DNA from: Antedon mediterranea
Lineage: Eukaryota > Animalia > Echinodermata
Reading direction: 5' to 3'
DNA length: 64,000 nt
Assembly (NCBI RefSeq): GCF_964355755.1
Contig: NC_092671.1
Coordinates: 23,758,070-23,822,069, forward strand
Shown here one piece after another: positions 40,091 through 53,433 of the stretch. Position numbers and translations under genes: made by a program. How positions within the stretch are numbered: position 1 is the stretch's first letter; every line of letters begins with the position of its first letter. The notes beneath the pieces are model-generated. The model did no database searches. It saw nothing but the letters and a program-made list of their open reading frames with translations, and was not told the origin of the DNA.

Positions 40091-40820
40091 TTTTAGTCGC
40101 GTGGAAGCGACTCTATAGTTCACTATGTCGGTCGGTCGGTCTGTCAGTCTGTCGATCTGTCTGTCGGTCCGGTATCACTATGCGTTTTATCGCTTTCTGA
40201 CCTTATCTTGATATCAGTTTAATCTAGCTCAGTCAATTTTTCACAGTATATTTATTATGGCCAGGAATCGATGTGGTTATGTTTTCACGGTGCGCAATAA
40301 AAAATTACGCGGTCTACGCACGATTTAACGAAATCACGTTTGTAATCATATCTTCACAACCATGAATCACAATTAAATAAAATTTGGTACTCATAAATTT
40401 CAGGACATAAATCATCATATGGCAATACAATTACGTGCGTAGCGTATGTAACGCATGCGTACGCACGCTTAAAATTTTCAAAATTTATTTTCGATGAAAT
40501 AAGAGTACGTTTCAGGCAATTTTAAGCGTTTACAAAATTGCCATGAGTGCGCAGATTTTTGTGCGCGCACTGCACGTTAAATGTTATTGCGCACTCTTTT
40601 TGCCCGATTTCTGTTTTCCTGACTTACTTTTCAACTCGAAATTACGTTATACGAGCACGTCAAAAGTGACAGGCTACGCACGTGTAAATTAAAAAAATCT
40701 AACTGTTTTTAAACATTTCAACATTTTTAAACATATTCAGTAATTTCGGTCAGTTGGTAGTTTGGTCGGTCGGTCGGTAAACACTAAGCACGCGACTGCA
40801 GCCATCTATATGGCCTTGTT
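40091..40820 (+). mobile_element. Helentron/HINE (DINE-1-like) element, family C
   Basis: 5' T-run, subTIR AGTCGCGTG with nearby GCGACT, (GGTC/TGTC)n microsatellite, 3' CACGCGACT, GCCAT..ATGGC hairpin, CTTGTT. Confidence 0.75.
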
Positions 40821-41111
40821 AAATATAACATTTAATATATTGTAAAAAAACAAATATATACATATAATTGTTTTACAATGTAATGAATCAAGTGTAAGCC
40901 TACCTTTTATTCAATCTGATTCAAATAAATTAAATTAAATTATTTTTTTATTGTATGTCTTTAGGAGCATACCAATAGTAAATGAATCACTGTCCTGTCA
41001 GATAGGTGGTAATCTTCCTGATTCCCGTAGCTATTTTGTGAACGAGTTCACCAAAGTACCCCCTACTCGTCTTGAATGATGTTCTGGGTTCTACAAAGTG
41101 TACACATATTA

Positions 41112-44100
41112 TAGTAGAGCAGTTAATGACATGAGCTGTGCATTTTATTACCAAAGCATGAAACTTGGCACAAAGTTTCTTTGATGTATATAGATTCAAA
41201 ATATCGGAGGGTGCCAAGTGTCCAACATCCGGTATGGCGGCCATCTTGATTTCAAAATGGCCACCATAAAAACTAAAAATGTTCATATCTTGGCAACTAT
41301 ACACATTAGAGAATTAATTTTGGTCTCAAATTGTTCACAAACTATATATTTCTATTTGCTCTAATGAAAAGTTTCGTCCAAAAATGACCGGAAATGACGT
41401 TTCTTACAGTTTGACCTTTGACCTCGTATTTGTATATCTCTGTAACTACTGGTCATTTTCAATCAATTTTGGTGTCATTTTGTTCAGAATAAATACATTT
41501 ATATTTGTAGTAATGAAACATTTTCACATAAAATGACCGGAAATACAATGTATGACCTTTGACATTAATTTATTGATTCTTAATTATGTGAATATTCTGT
41601 AGGTGGTTTTTGTTGGTCTAAAGTGCACCTAATTTTGAACTTTAACCTGATAGGCGTAATTATATTAAATGATTAATGGACTTAAATTGTATAGTACATA
41701 GAATTGGTAAACATTGTGCTTGGTGGTACCATTAGTTCAATGATGTTGGCTTCTGATTCGCTAAAAGTGTTAATAGTTTGACAGAGGAAATAACATATGT
41801 TATTGAATACCGTAAAACCTCGAAAAGGTGATAGTATGAGCTTCTTTTCGAGACAGACTGTATTTGATTGTCAAATGAATAGTATGATGATCGTGTTTAT
41901 ATCAATATATTATTAATGACCTTACAAAGAACCCTGTCTATTTTAACAATTAAGCCTCAGTTATTCTACAATTTATTGTTTTCCAAGTGGTAGGCCTATT
42001 TTGATTGCATCTTATTTTTGTATGCTTCCTCGTTTAATATGGTCCTAACCCTCCTTCTTTGTCTGTAGATGGTCTTATACCCCATTCTTTGTCTGTGGAT
42101 GGTCTTATACCCGCTTCTGTGTCTGTTGATGGTATTATTACACCCCTTTCTTTATGTGTGGATGGTCTTACACCCATTTCTTTGTCTGTAGATGGTCTTA
42201 CACCTCTTCTTTGTCTGTGGATGGTCCTACACTCCCTTCTTTGTCTGTGGATGGTCCTACACCCCCTTCTTTTTCTGTGGATGGTCCTACACCCCCTTCT
42301 TTGTCTATGGATAGTCTTATGCACCCTTCTTTGTCTGTGGATGGTCTTACACCCCTTTCTTTGTCTGTGGACGGTCTTATACCCCTTTCTTTGTCTGTGG
42401 ATGGTCTTATACCCCCTTCTGTGTCTGTTGATGGTATTACACCCCTTTCTTTGTCTGTTGATGGTATTAAACCCCTTTCTTTGTGTGTGGATGGTCTTAC
42501 ACCCCTGTCTTTGTCTGTAGATGGTCTTATAATCCCTTCTTTGTCTGTGTATGGTTTTACACCCCTTCTTTGTCTGTGGGTGGTCTTACATCCCATTCTT
42601 TGTCTGTGGATGGTCCGATGGTCCTACACCTCCTTTTTTGTCTGTGGATGGTCTTATACCCCTTCTTTGTCTGTAAGTGGTCCTATACCCCTTTCTTTGT
42701 CAGTGGTGGATGGTCTTACACCCCCTTCTTTGTCTGTGGACGGTTCTACACCCCCTTCTTTGTCTGTGGATGGTCTTACACCCCTTTCTTTATCTGTGGA
42801 CGGTCTTATACCCCCTTCTGTGCCTGTGGGTGATCTTACACCCCTTTCTTTGTCCGTTGATGGTATTACACCCCTTTTTGTATGTGGATGGTCTTATACA
42901 CCCCTTTCATTGTGTAGGGATGGTCTTGCACTCCTTTAATTTGTCTGTGGATGGTCTTACACCCCGTTCTTTGTCTGTGGATGGTCTTATACCCCCTTCT
43001 TTGTCTGTGGATGGTCTTATATCCCCTTCTTTGTCTGTGGATGGTCTTCTCCCCTTCTTTGTCTGTGGATGGTCCTACACCCCTTATTTGTCTGTGGATG
43101 GTCTTATACCCTCTTCTTTGTCTGTGTAAGTGGTCCTATACCCCTTTCTTTGTGTGTGGATGGTCTTGCACCCCCTTCTTTGTCTGTGGATGGTCTTACA
43201 CCCCCTTCTTTGTCTGTGGATGGTCTTACACCCCCTTTTTTGTCTGTGGATGGTCTTATACCCTCTTCTTTGTATGTGGATGGTCTTACAACCCCTTCTT
43301 TGTCTGTGGATGGTCTTACACCCCCTTTTTTGTCTGGACCCACTACTTTGATTGATTAAATTAGACATTGTTTCTTGTATGATTAGGAAACCAAGACTAA
43401 AGTGAAAGTCCACAGGTGGATGCCTAAACAGGTCTTGTACAGAACAGTATATTGTAGGTCCATGTCACTAATTTGAGGATTACTTGAATAATTATATTGA
43501 GATGTCTTTTACGAATTGATTTTGTTTCGGATTTTGCTAAAAAATCAATGACTAGAGAACATCGAGGAAAAGGATTCAGATGAAAGGTTTACAGCAAAGG
43601 CCCATTACCATAAAAATGGAGTATATTTTTTTAGATGCAACGAAAAAACGATTGACACATGTCACAGTTTAGCAAACATGTCGGCATAGATGAGCTCAGT
43701 GATCTGTCATACCTTATGCCTATCCTATCACATCAAAAGTTAAAAATTCAGAATAATAATTCCGTGTCATTTATTTCGGTAAAAAAATTAGGTGCATTTA
43801 TACCAATTAAACCACATACAGTATGTTCACATAATTATATATGTCAAAGGTTATAAATTGTATTTCCAGTAATTTTATGTGAAAATGTTTCATTACTACA
43901 AATATAAATGTCTCTATTCTGAACAAAATGACACCAAAATCGATTGAAAATGATCAGTAGTTACTGACATATACAGATAAGAGGTCAAAGGTCAAACTGG
44001 AAGAAACGTCATTTCCGGTCATTTTTGGACGAAACTTTTCATTAGAGCAAATAGAAATATGTGGTTTGTGTACAATTTAACACCAGAATCAAGTCTCTAC

Positions 44101-44304
44101 TGTTTATAGTTGCCAAGATATGAACACTTTTTGTTTTTATGGTGGCCATTTTGAAATCAAGATGGCCGCCATACCGGACGTTGGACACTTGGCACCCCCC
44201 GATATTTTGAATCTATATACAACAAAGAAACTTTGTGGAAAGTTTCATGCTTTGGTAATAAAGTGCACAACTTGGCTATTTTTATGGCGTTAACTGCTCT
44301 ACTA
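41112..44304. mobile_element. Non-autonomous DNA transposon with ~430-bp TIRs (Academ-like termini)
   Basis: TAGTAGAGCAGTTAA ... TTAACTGCTCTACTA, TTA TSD; about 41112-41550 is the reverse complement of about 43860-44304. Confidence 0.8.
42039..43337. repeat. 30-bp minisatellite (GATGGTCTTACACCCCCTTCTTTGTCTGTG)n, about 43 diverged copies
   Basis: Tandem repeats; source of the overlapping repetitive ORFs in the track. Confidence 0.97.
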
Positions 44305-44703
44305 TTATAACTGTGTACACTGGAACTGCGGTTTTTATAGTCCTTATCCGCGAGAAGACTTGTTCCACCACCTGAACTAGAAGCAAGTCGAGCTCGAGCC
44401 CTTGCCAATATTGTTGGCTCTTTAGGTGCGGTAAACAGCGCCCCTGCCGTAACCGCTCGGCCATTTGACTCTATATAAAGCAAATAATGAATGTTTTATA
44501 TATCAGTTATATATCGTGGAAATACAACTTTCATCATTCACTCACTAATAAACATTCATTATTTGTAACACGCCTGAGTAGATTTTTGTCATTTGATTGA
44601 AGGATTGTGGGTCACATGATATTCAATACCCAATAACAGTTGTAAATTGTACATATTTCGATTGTTAATGATGGATTAAAAAAGTATTTGTATTTTTTTT
44701 TAG

Positions 44704-44869
44704 TTTTATAATGATTTAACTCAAATACTTGTCAAATACCAAAGCAAGTGTAGTGATCTTTGTTTTGCAAGAAAAACTGAAAAGGAAGAACTATTACGTG
44801 ATTTAACACAGAGTATTGCAAATCAACCATCACAGAATACACCCTCAGCTCCAGCTCATCATGCTACAG
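44704..44869 (+). CDS. PDCD6IP: ALIX exon 14 (FYNDLTQ...[10 protein letters not shown])
   Basis: ttttag acceptor, gtaacg donor, 166 nt; V-domain FYN and PSAP motifs. Confidence 0.93.
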
Positions 44870-47202
44870 GTAACGTTTATTCTGTAATGCTTTTTGTTGC
44901 AGCTGCCAACCGCAATAACGTTTTATACTATTAGTATTACAGTATGTCTTTAAAAAAACAAGTACCATGTAGCTAGGATAGGATTATTAAAGTTTATTAT
45001 TGCATCTATCATAAACTTTGTAAAAGTGGATTGAGTAGGTTATTATAGAGAAATATTACATAGCCTATGTAAATACGTGAACGTGATTGGTTGAAACAGC
45101 ATCACATTACTACCGCTGCGAGGATCGTAAATCGTATATATCCTCGAGTACGATGATATTGACTGAGTAATTTTCGTGTGGCAACACTCGCGTTTGGCGA
45201 TAAATAAACAAAAGTCATCTACTGGGACTTGAACCACAGGAACACCGATACACCGTTACCAGTAATGGAACAGAAAAACTTGACCAGAATATACATACAT
45301 CTTTAGTGAGAAGTTAAATACATAAATGAGAATGAACCTAGATGCTCAAAAAGGCTAATTAGGAAACCCAAAGGTTTAATAACAGAAATTTAAGGAAATA
45401 CACGAAAAGAAATCTGTTGATTTGATTTTGAACTTTATTCGAAGCTTAACAGAATCACAATATGAACTCATATCACACTATTCAGCTAATTTGTTGAGCT
45501 CCGAGTACATATCACTTATGACAATAAATTATTATAATTAGATTAGTACTTTTAAAACAGTATACTGTACGGTACATCTGAGCTAGTGATTTACATAGTT
45601 TTAATTTGATGTTAAAAGTTGTTTTGAAGTTATAAAATATAAAAACATATTCACCTAATAATTCTGATAACAGCATGAGAGCACAACTAAATGTTGCCGG
45701 AGAGAGTTGTAATGTATCCATCTCCCAGGACAATATAATAATACACTCTTGATATAACTAACTTAGATCTGATAATAACGATTTAAAAGCTGAAACTAGA
45801 ACCGAATAATCCAAGCTCATGTGTCATACATATGAAACACCATATGTGCCAAAATCTTTTTTACTATATTCGATCCAAAGTTTTTCAGAACTAGAGATAA
45901 ATGCCATGTGTTGCATCTGGTCAGATGAAAGGAGCTACCGCTGCACAATAATTATAAGATGAAGGTGTTAGCAAAATGACCAGGTACAATTACTTTGGCT
46001 AACATGCAGTGTTTGTTGAAGGCATGGCCTGGTGAAGGGATTTCAATGAGCTGTTTTGATGTTGCACATAATTTTGTGTTATGTTCCTCCTGTGCTTGGA
46101 GGATGACTGTTGTTGACGAAGGATTCTGGTGGTCAGAGGATGCATGGGTATGCATCCTCTCACCTACTGATTTTGATGTTGGAAGTGAATGTTAGGATAG
46201 TGTCTGTACTATTTTGGTCATGTATGTGGCATCGTTGTTTATTCTAATAGTGCATCTATCTGTCTGACGGCTTAGTTTTATCAACTATGAACTTGTCTTG
46301 ATAAAACATAAGTAATAAAATTCGTCCTAAATATTGAAAACCTAACCCTCTAAATAATTGTCTCTCTCAAACTAAAAAAAAAATATTTTAAAAGATTCTC
46401 AAGTAGAGAATTGCAACCCCCTGGGCAATACCCTCAATACAAGCTCACTGAGCCATCCAGCTCGTCGATAGAATCAGGTTTTACATTGTATATGAATGAA
46501 TAAAACTAATATACGTAAGCATTTTAACCGACCAATCAGCATGATAATTTTGGACTTTGTTTGGTTGATATTTCCGAACATTCCAATGCTTCCGAAGACG
46601 TTGCTTCTGAAGACATGCCGAAGATGACGTTCTTTGTGACGTCACAGGTACTTTAAATTCACTTTTTGGCTCAGATATATACTGTTTTGTATGATTTTTA
46701 GGTAAAATGCCAAAATAAATAAAATTGTATAGAAACATTACAGTATTTTTACTTTTGTTCCATTGTTAGTATGGTTCGTATTGGTTAACATTGCACTATG
46801 TTTTAACATCTACAAACCAAACTTCAAAAGAAACCTGACAAATTAATGGGAGATTCCACTGTAGTACACATCAGTTTATCTTTGTTGTGAAGATTGTAAA
46901 AAATGTTATTACATTATGGTAGACAAATGAGCCAAATTGCATATCACATATCACATGAAGAACCAAATTAAAACAGCACTAATTAGTTGAATAAGACTAA
47001 GGCATCAGCCTGTTTAAAATATCTATTTAGTTTTTAAATTAAATTGTGTATTTTGTAATAATGGAGGTTTCTATTATGGCATTAAGAATGGGTACATGGA
47101 ATAAAATCATAAGAATGTGATGTTGAAATGAGACCTTTTCCATTTTGAATTCACAAGTTTCTAAAGCATTATCATATGAGGAGTATTTGACATGCCCTTT
47201 TC

Positions 47203-48488
47203 CAGTGGCGGATCTAGCGGGGGGCGTGTGGGGCGTACGCCCCCCCCCCCCTATTTTTTAAAGATTTTTTTTTTTTTTTAAATTAAATAGATTTTTAAAA
47301 CACGTATCATTTTCATAGTGAAAATAGTACGTCGGAGCACATCGTCAGCTTGATCGCATTTCACCAAGCATGTACGTCGACATCCTTTGTGTACTATCAA
47401 TCTCTAGCGTTACCAACGATCATTCACAGTTAAGTGTAAAACTAAAAGGAGCAAGTTGATAAAAGCCACGTGGTGAGCTTGGTCGCGTTTTACTAAGCAG
47501 GTCGGCATCCTTTGTGATCGTCACTCCCGTATTGTAGAGTAGCGGTACGTACCTCCGACGATCAATAGAGTTTATGAAGTCACATGGTCAGTGCTACACT
47601 ATGCGCCCATTTATTGAATACAATAAAAACAAAGGCTAGGACTGTAGTGCCTATGAAAATTATCCCGTTAGGCCTATATTTTATTAAAACATATTACTAT
47701 TAAAATATTAACAATGCTGCATGCAGAATTTCATGACCCTTGTAGTGTTTTATTTGCTTTTCCGTCGATGATTCTCATAAACAAATCGCGATGACAAAAG
47801 GGGTGTTTTGTTTTTTTCAAATCACTAAATATAATGTAATGATGATCGAGCCGGACCGCTAATTTTTAAACGATCGTTTAAACCAGGTCGTTGAATATGC
47901 CGTGATTTTAATTGTCAAAAACATGATCGTCAGTCGATGGCTCGGAGTTTCGATAAATCTCGCGTCGCATTTGTTGCGTGGTGGTGGAAAACACTCTCAG
48001 CAAGTTTGCTTCATTAATATGCATGAGACTCTGTGACGACCCGCTTTAACGTGACGTCATTTTACTTTAGCTGCATGGATGATGGATGCGAAGAAGTAGT
48101 CACCGCGATCGACCCGGCGCGCGTGTAAGAAAATAATACCGGCCTAGGCTAGGACAAGTTTATGCTTATATAAAAGCTGAAAAACATCGTCGCGTTGTAA
48201 AAATTTAGATGTAAAGTACAGGCAAGTTGTTATCTTGCTTTGGTACCCTATGGAAGTATCAGCTGCATGTTCCACATGTCGTAATTTGCGAGCTTTAGAG
48301 TGTTTGGTAAATGACATTATGAATTGTTTGTAAATCGTTTTAAACGACTTACAATGCGCTAGAACGCCAAAATTTCCCCTGGACCCCGACCGGGGGCCCT
48401 TGGTGGCCCCCTGGCCCTCAGCCAATGTTTGCTCGCTTCGCTCGCAAAGCTACGCCCCCCCTATTTCTAAATCCTGGATCCGCCCCTG
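47203..48488. mobile_element. hAT-like non-autonomous element
   Basis: Termini CAGTGGCGGATCTAG / CTGGATCCGCCCCTG with GC-rich subterminal hairpins. Confidence 0.75.
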
Positions 48489-49137
48489 TTTTCTATCACT
48501 TCAATGGTGTAATAGTAGAAAACATCCATTTCTATATTGTTTCAGAAATTCTAACATCATATTATGGCAATCCGTATCATTTAACTGTTGATGGAGCAAA
48601 TCATGCACTGGGTAATGAAAGAATGCCGAATGATTAATGTATTGCATTTTATGTACCTTTACTACTGGTTGACTGATCACTTTTTTTGAGAATTTTTTCC
48701 ACATTTCTCAAATGTTGCATGAAACTATTAACATAAAATTATTATTATTATTATTACTATTGAATTATTATTTAATGGTTATCTGCACTTAGCGGATAAC
48801 CCCTTGTTAATGTCGGGATCTTTTTTTTCCCACAATTTTTATTGCCGCTCTAGCTCTAATTCTTTATGGTGTTGTAGGAGATTACTAATGCACTCTGATT
48901 CGATCATGTATACAAATGTACAAAACAAAATTGGTAAGGGGCCGTCCAAAAACTAATTTTCCGCGAGTTCCGATGTAACCCAACGCATTAACGGGCCAAG
49001 CCCTATTCGTAAATAGAAAAAAATATACATGTCATTTGTTGTATGAGCGTGCGCGATATAATTAGTACAGGCTTTATTCTAGGCGTTGGAGTTTGTAAAC
49101 AACCCAACAAAGTGACAGTGGGCAGACTTGTAAATAT

Positions 49138-51590
49138 ATGATTGATTGATTGATTGATTGATTTTATTCGATATTCATACACAAAAGTTAAAATATACAA
49201 TGTACAAAAAGAATACCAGGATAACCCATTAAGTCGACAAATAAAAGTAAACTTATTTCCAATGGGGTCCAATCCGTATTAACTGAAAAAGTGAGTGGTT
49301 GGGCCTAGTACAATATATCATTAAGTTGGACGCAGTAAAAATGGAAAATACATATAAGACAACATCAAAAAACAGTATTAAAAAATAACTTAATTAAACT
49401 GATATTCCAAGCTGTTCATTATTAAAATATTCTTTAAGTTTTATTTTGAAGGTTGCATTATTTTGTATTGATTTGAGTGAATTGGGGAGCCTGTTCCAGT
49501 CATGGATACCTAAGAAATAAAAAGTTGAATCATTAACGCCAGTAGCCTTAGGAGTGACAAAATTAAATGTTGTACCCCTGGTGAAATGGTTATGATGATC
49601 AGAAATTAACAAAAAGTTATCCTTAAGGAAAGAAGGCGTATTAAAGTTATAGCGAATTTTGTGAACATAATTTAATCTTAAAAACTTATTTCTGAGGCTG
49701 ACATTAAGAAACCCAAAATCGGAAAGCTCTTTGGCACCTATGTCAGACCTCGGACCAACATTTAAAATGAAACGTGCCATCTTGTTTTGGGCAGTTTGTA
49801 ATTTATGTTTAAGATTCTTATTGACACCGCCGTACCATCCCGAGGCAGAATAGTCAAATGTACATTGTATTAAAGCATTGCTTAATAGTTTACTACATTT
49901 TTTATTCAAGCATGAACTTTGCCTATGTAAAAACTTCAACCTTGACTTAACTTTACTGATAACACTAGTTGCAATAGTATCACATGATACATATTGGTCT
50001 AAATCAATACCCAAATATTTAACTTGCTTAGTACTTTTGATTCTACGGCCCATTAATTCCATAGAAAACTCTTTAACTTTGTTAAGCTTCGCTCTGCTAC
50101 CAAAGATAATACTTTCGGTTTTGCCAACATGTAAAGATAATTTGTTTTCAGTTAACCAGTCCTGGCACTTGGCTAGGATAGTACTTAATTTATGAGCGAT
50201 TTTGGTGACTACAGAATCGTAGAATCATCAGCATATAGCAATAATTGAACATCAGAATCAATACAAGAAGCAATATCATTTAAATAACATAGAAAAAGAA
50301 TAGGGCCCAAGATGCTACCTTGCGGTACACCATGAGTAACTATAAGAGGTTCAGAGCAGGTACCATTCACACTGACAACTTGTGTACGGTTAGCGAGATA
50401 AGATTGAAACCAGTCCGTACACTTAAAACCCATGCATTTTAGCTTGTTAATTAAAATCACATGATCGACGGTATCGAAAGCTTTTTGTAAGTCAATTAGA
50501 ACCATTCCAGTAAGAAGGCCTTTGGACTTATTGTTTTTTAAACCGTCGATGAGATTTATGAGGTTGCTTTCAGTTGAATGGGCCTGCCGAAAACCGGATT
50601 GATAGGCATAAAGTATATTATGGTTGGAAAGATACCTTTCAACTTGTATAGCTACAGATTTTTCAAGAATCTTTGATACCGTAGACAGAATACTAATCGG
50701 CCGATAATTCTCAACACTTGTTCTAGAATTTTTCTTAAATAGTGGGGTAACTTTAGCTGTTTTTAGATCACGAGGAAAACAATTAGTTTTAAACGAAAGG
50801 TTAATGATATGAGCTATCGGTTCAGCCAAGATTATCGCACCGTCACGTAAAAGTCTTGAGGGAATATTATCTAGACCGACGCTTTTGTTTACATTTAGGC
50901 TTTCGAGTTGAGGTTTAACCAATTCTATGGTAACCGGCTCTAGCTTAAACATTTTACCTTTTAATTTTACGTAGTATTTATGAAGATCGTTAGTGGACAT
51001 GGTGAAAAAGCCTATGCATTTTGGGAGTTTTTTGACGAGTGTTGACGCAACATTCGTGAAAAACTCATTAAAACGAGAGGCAACGCCTTTTGGACAGAAA
51101 GTTTTTTTACCATTGTCATCGAGAACTATTTTAGTGTTTGTTTAACATTTCTTCGCGTATTTGAGCTGTTTTAGGGTTTTCCATAATTTTTTAGGGTTGT
51201 CTTTATTTTCATCAATCTTATTGAGAAAATAATTAGATTTAGTTTTTTTGATCAGCCGCTGAGCTTTGTTCCTAGAGGCGCAATAAGATTTGTATATATC
51301 TAGATTAGATTTATCTTTCTTGAATTTTTTTAAAAGTGTGTCTCTTAATTTGATTTCATTAGCAATTTCGGAGGTAAACCAGGGTGCTATGTTTTGTTTA
51401 AGTCTAACTTTTTTTATTGGCGCTATTGAGTCGATCACCTTAATGATGATATCTTTAAGAGTTAACCACGCGATATTTACATTGTCATTATTAGTGACAA
51501 CAGACCAATCGATATCGTTAAGTGTTTCAAGATAGTTATTTACATTATAGTTTTTTAAAGATCGTAATTTTGCGGAGTTGTGGTCATTGT
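49138..51590 (-). mobile_element. 5'-truncated LINE (RT ORF2) with (ATCA)n tail
   Basis: ORFs 50209-51000 (NYRPISIL, DLQKAFDTVDH, GVPQGSILGP, YADD), 49394-50062 (KYLGIDLD, WNRLP), 51142-51438 (PWFT, KKLWK); (gatt)n at about 49140-49160. Confidence 0.93.
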
Positions 51591-51967
51591 GGCTAGTTGT
51601 GAATTAATTGCAAATGAATTCTTACAAAGGGCGGATATCGCCTTGTAACTACGTATTTGTCCCTGGATGTATGACCCAGATATCGACACCCGTGAGCTGG
51701 GCCAACTTCTAAATATAGAATTGTAATGTCAATAAATGCGTACAAAGGGACACCGCCAGGGTAGTAACTAGTAACTATTGTACATGCTTTGGTCCTTGTA
51801 ACTTGATACAGCCTAGATAGATACCCACGTTTGGACCTCAATTAAAATGAGTTTGTTCACTTGTTGCCATGGTATATATAGCAGTTTAATACATGGGTCT
51901 CTCATTTTATAGCAAAAAATATAGCCTAAAGTAATATAATAGTGGAACAAGAGGTAAAAATAAGGAA

Positions 51968-51998
<31 letters not shown>

Positions 51999-53010
51999 TA
52001 CAGTAGGCCTATCTATCAGTACGGTATCGGCTGAAAGAAAGTAGTAGATGTTGCTTCTGTTTTTGGACATGATAAATAGTGTGTCACGATGGTGTAGTAC
52101 ACGATGTTTGGAGAGAGAGGCAAGCAAATCAAACTTGTTACATGCATTACCGACAATACTGTTGTGCGCACACTGTTGGATGTGTCTGTACAGCATGTGC
52201 TTGATTAAAGACAAATAACGTGTCTGTTCAGATATAGGGCATTTTGGCAATAAATCAGACTGACTGAAGAAGTATCCAGTTTATTTCATTTTTATAAACA
52301 ATTTCTGTGTTGATGCGGGGGGGGGGGGGGGATGGGGGGTTGGCATTGAACCCACATGTGTTCATGTAAAATTTGTATCTGCAGGATGTTTTGACGTCAT
52401 TTATAATAATTTAATTTAATAATTAATAGTTTACTAATGCATACCCCATTTTCTCCTAGATTTTAATATGTTCTTTCTCAATGAATTCTCTTTCACATGT
52501 GTTACAAAAGCTAAAATGTGTATTACGTCATCATTAAAAAAAAATTAGAATAACGTGAGTTACTTAATTTCATCTATACAGTATATTTCAATCTGTTATA
52601 GCTCCTCGGAATGAAAAGTGACCCACATGACATAAAGCTGTTAAATTGTAGATATGAATTCATATAAAAATGTTGCCAATCAGATGTCATATAACCAGTT
52701 GAATTAAAAAAGTCTGATTTTTATTTCTATCGTAAAAATTCATCGTGCATTTCTTTTCCATTCATTTTTGCTAGTAAAGCATGAACATAAAATAGAATTA
52801 CTGTTTTCATATGATATACTTTTAAAAACAGCCTGCAAAGTAATTTTGACTATTCATATTGCTTACAGTAGTTAGCATGACAAATTGCCAACTAACATTT
52901 AAAAATTAACTGAGCAAATAGCAGATCTGGGAGAGGGAGTAAATATTGGCTGTAGCCACCCCTTTGCCCCATTAACATAAAGAATGAACCATACATTAGA
53001 AATAAATCTA

Positions 53011-53130
53011 ATATACGGCCATACTGCGTTGAAACACCGGTTCTCGTCAGATCACCGAAGTTAAGCAACGTTGGGCCCAGTTGCGTTCTGGATGGGAGAC
53101 CGTCTAGAAATCGTGGCGGGTGCTGTATAT
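53011..53130 (+). pseudogene. Diverged full-length 5S rRNA-derived sequence (probable SINE head)
   Basis: TACGGCCATAC, CCGGTTCTCGTCAGATCACCGAAGTTAAGC, GGATGGGAGACC and GTGCTGTA match the 5S layout; 120 nt. Confidence 0.8.
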
Positions 53131-53349
53131 ACTGGAGAGTGATGGTGTAATGGTAATATCGGACTAGCATGTGATAGGCATGGGTTCGAGGTTATCTGTA
53201 CCATACTAATTGCATCCTTAGGCAAGATGCTTTACTCTCATTGCCTAATCTGGTAGGTGCTGCACTGCTGGCTGCCGTGGGTCCGTGGAGGGCCTAATCC
53301 GAATTTCCTCACTGAAGACAAATAATAATACAAAATACAAAATACAAAT
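53011..53349 (+). mobile_element. Composite 5S + tRNA-headed SINE-like element
   Basis: 5S part, then A box TGGTGTAATGG and B box GGTTCGAG, core TCCTTAGGCAAGATGCTTTA, tail (ATACAAA)n. Confidence 0.6.
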
Positions 53350-53433
53350 CAGACGAGGATCCCAGTATTATATATATCTTCTATACATATTTAAATAAGA
53401 ACTTAATTAATTTTTTTAATTTCATTAACACAG

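Noticed and set aside
42034-43413. Many overlapping repetitive ORFs as a protein gene
   Set aside because: By-product of a 30-bp minisatellite; frequent frame-shifting indels and no splice context.
45043-46740. Possible Crypton/tyrosine-recombinase relic on the minus strand
   Set aside because: Only faint HSLR/HKS-like traces; not supportable without a profile search.
53011-53130. Functional canonical 5S rRNA gene
   Set aside because: Single copy, diverged 3' half, no oligo-T terminator, and fused to SINE-like sequence.
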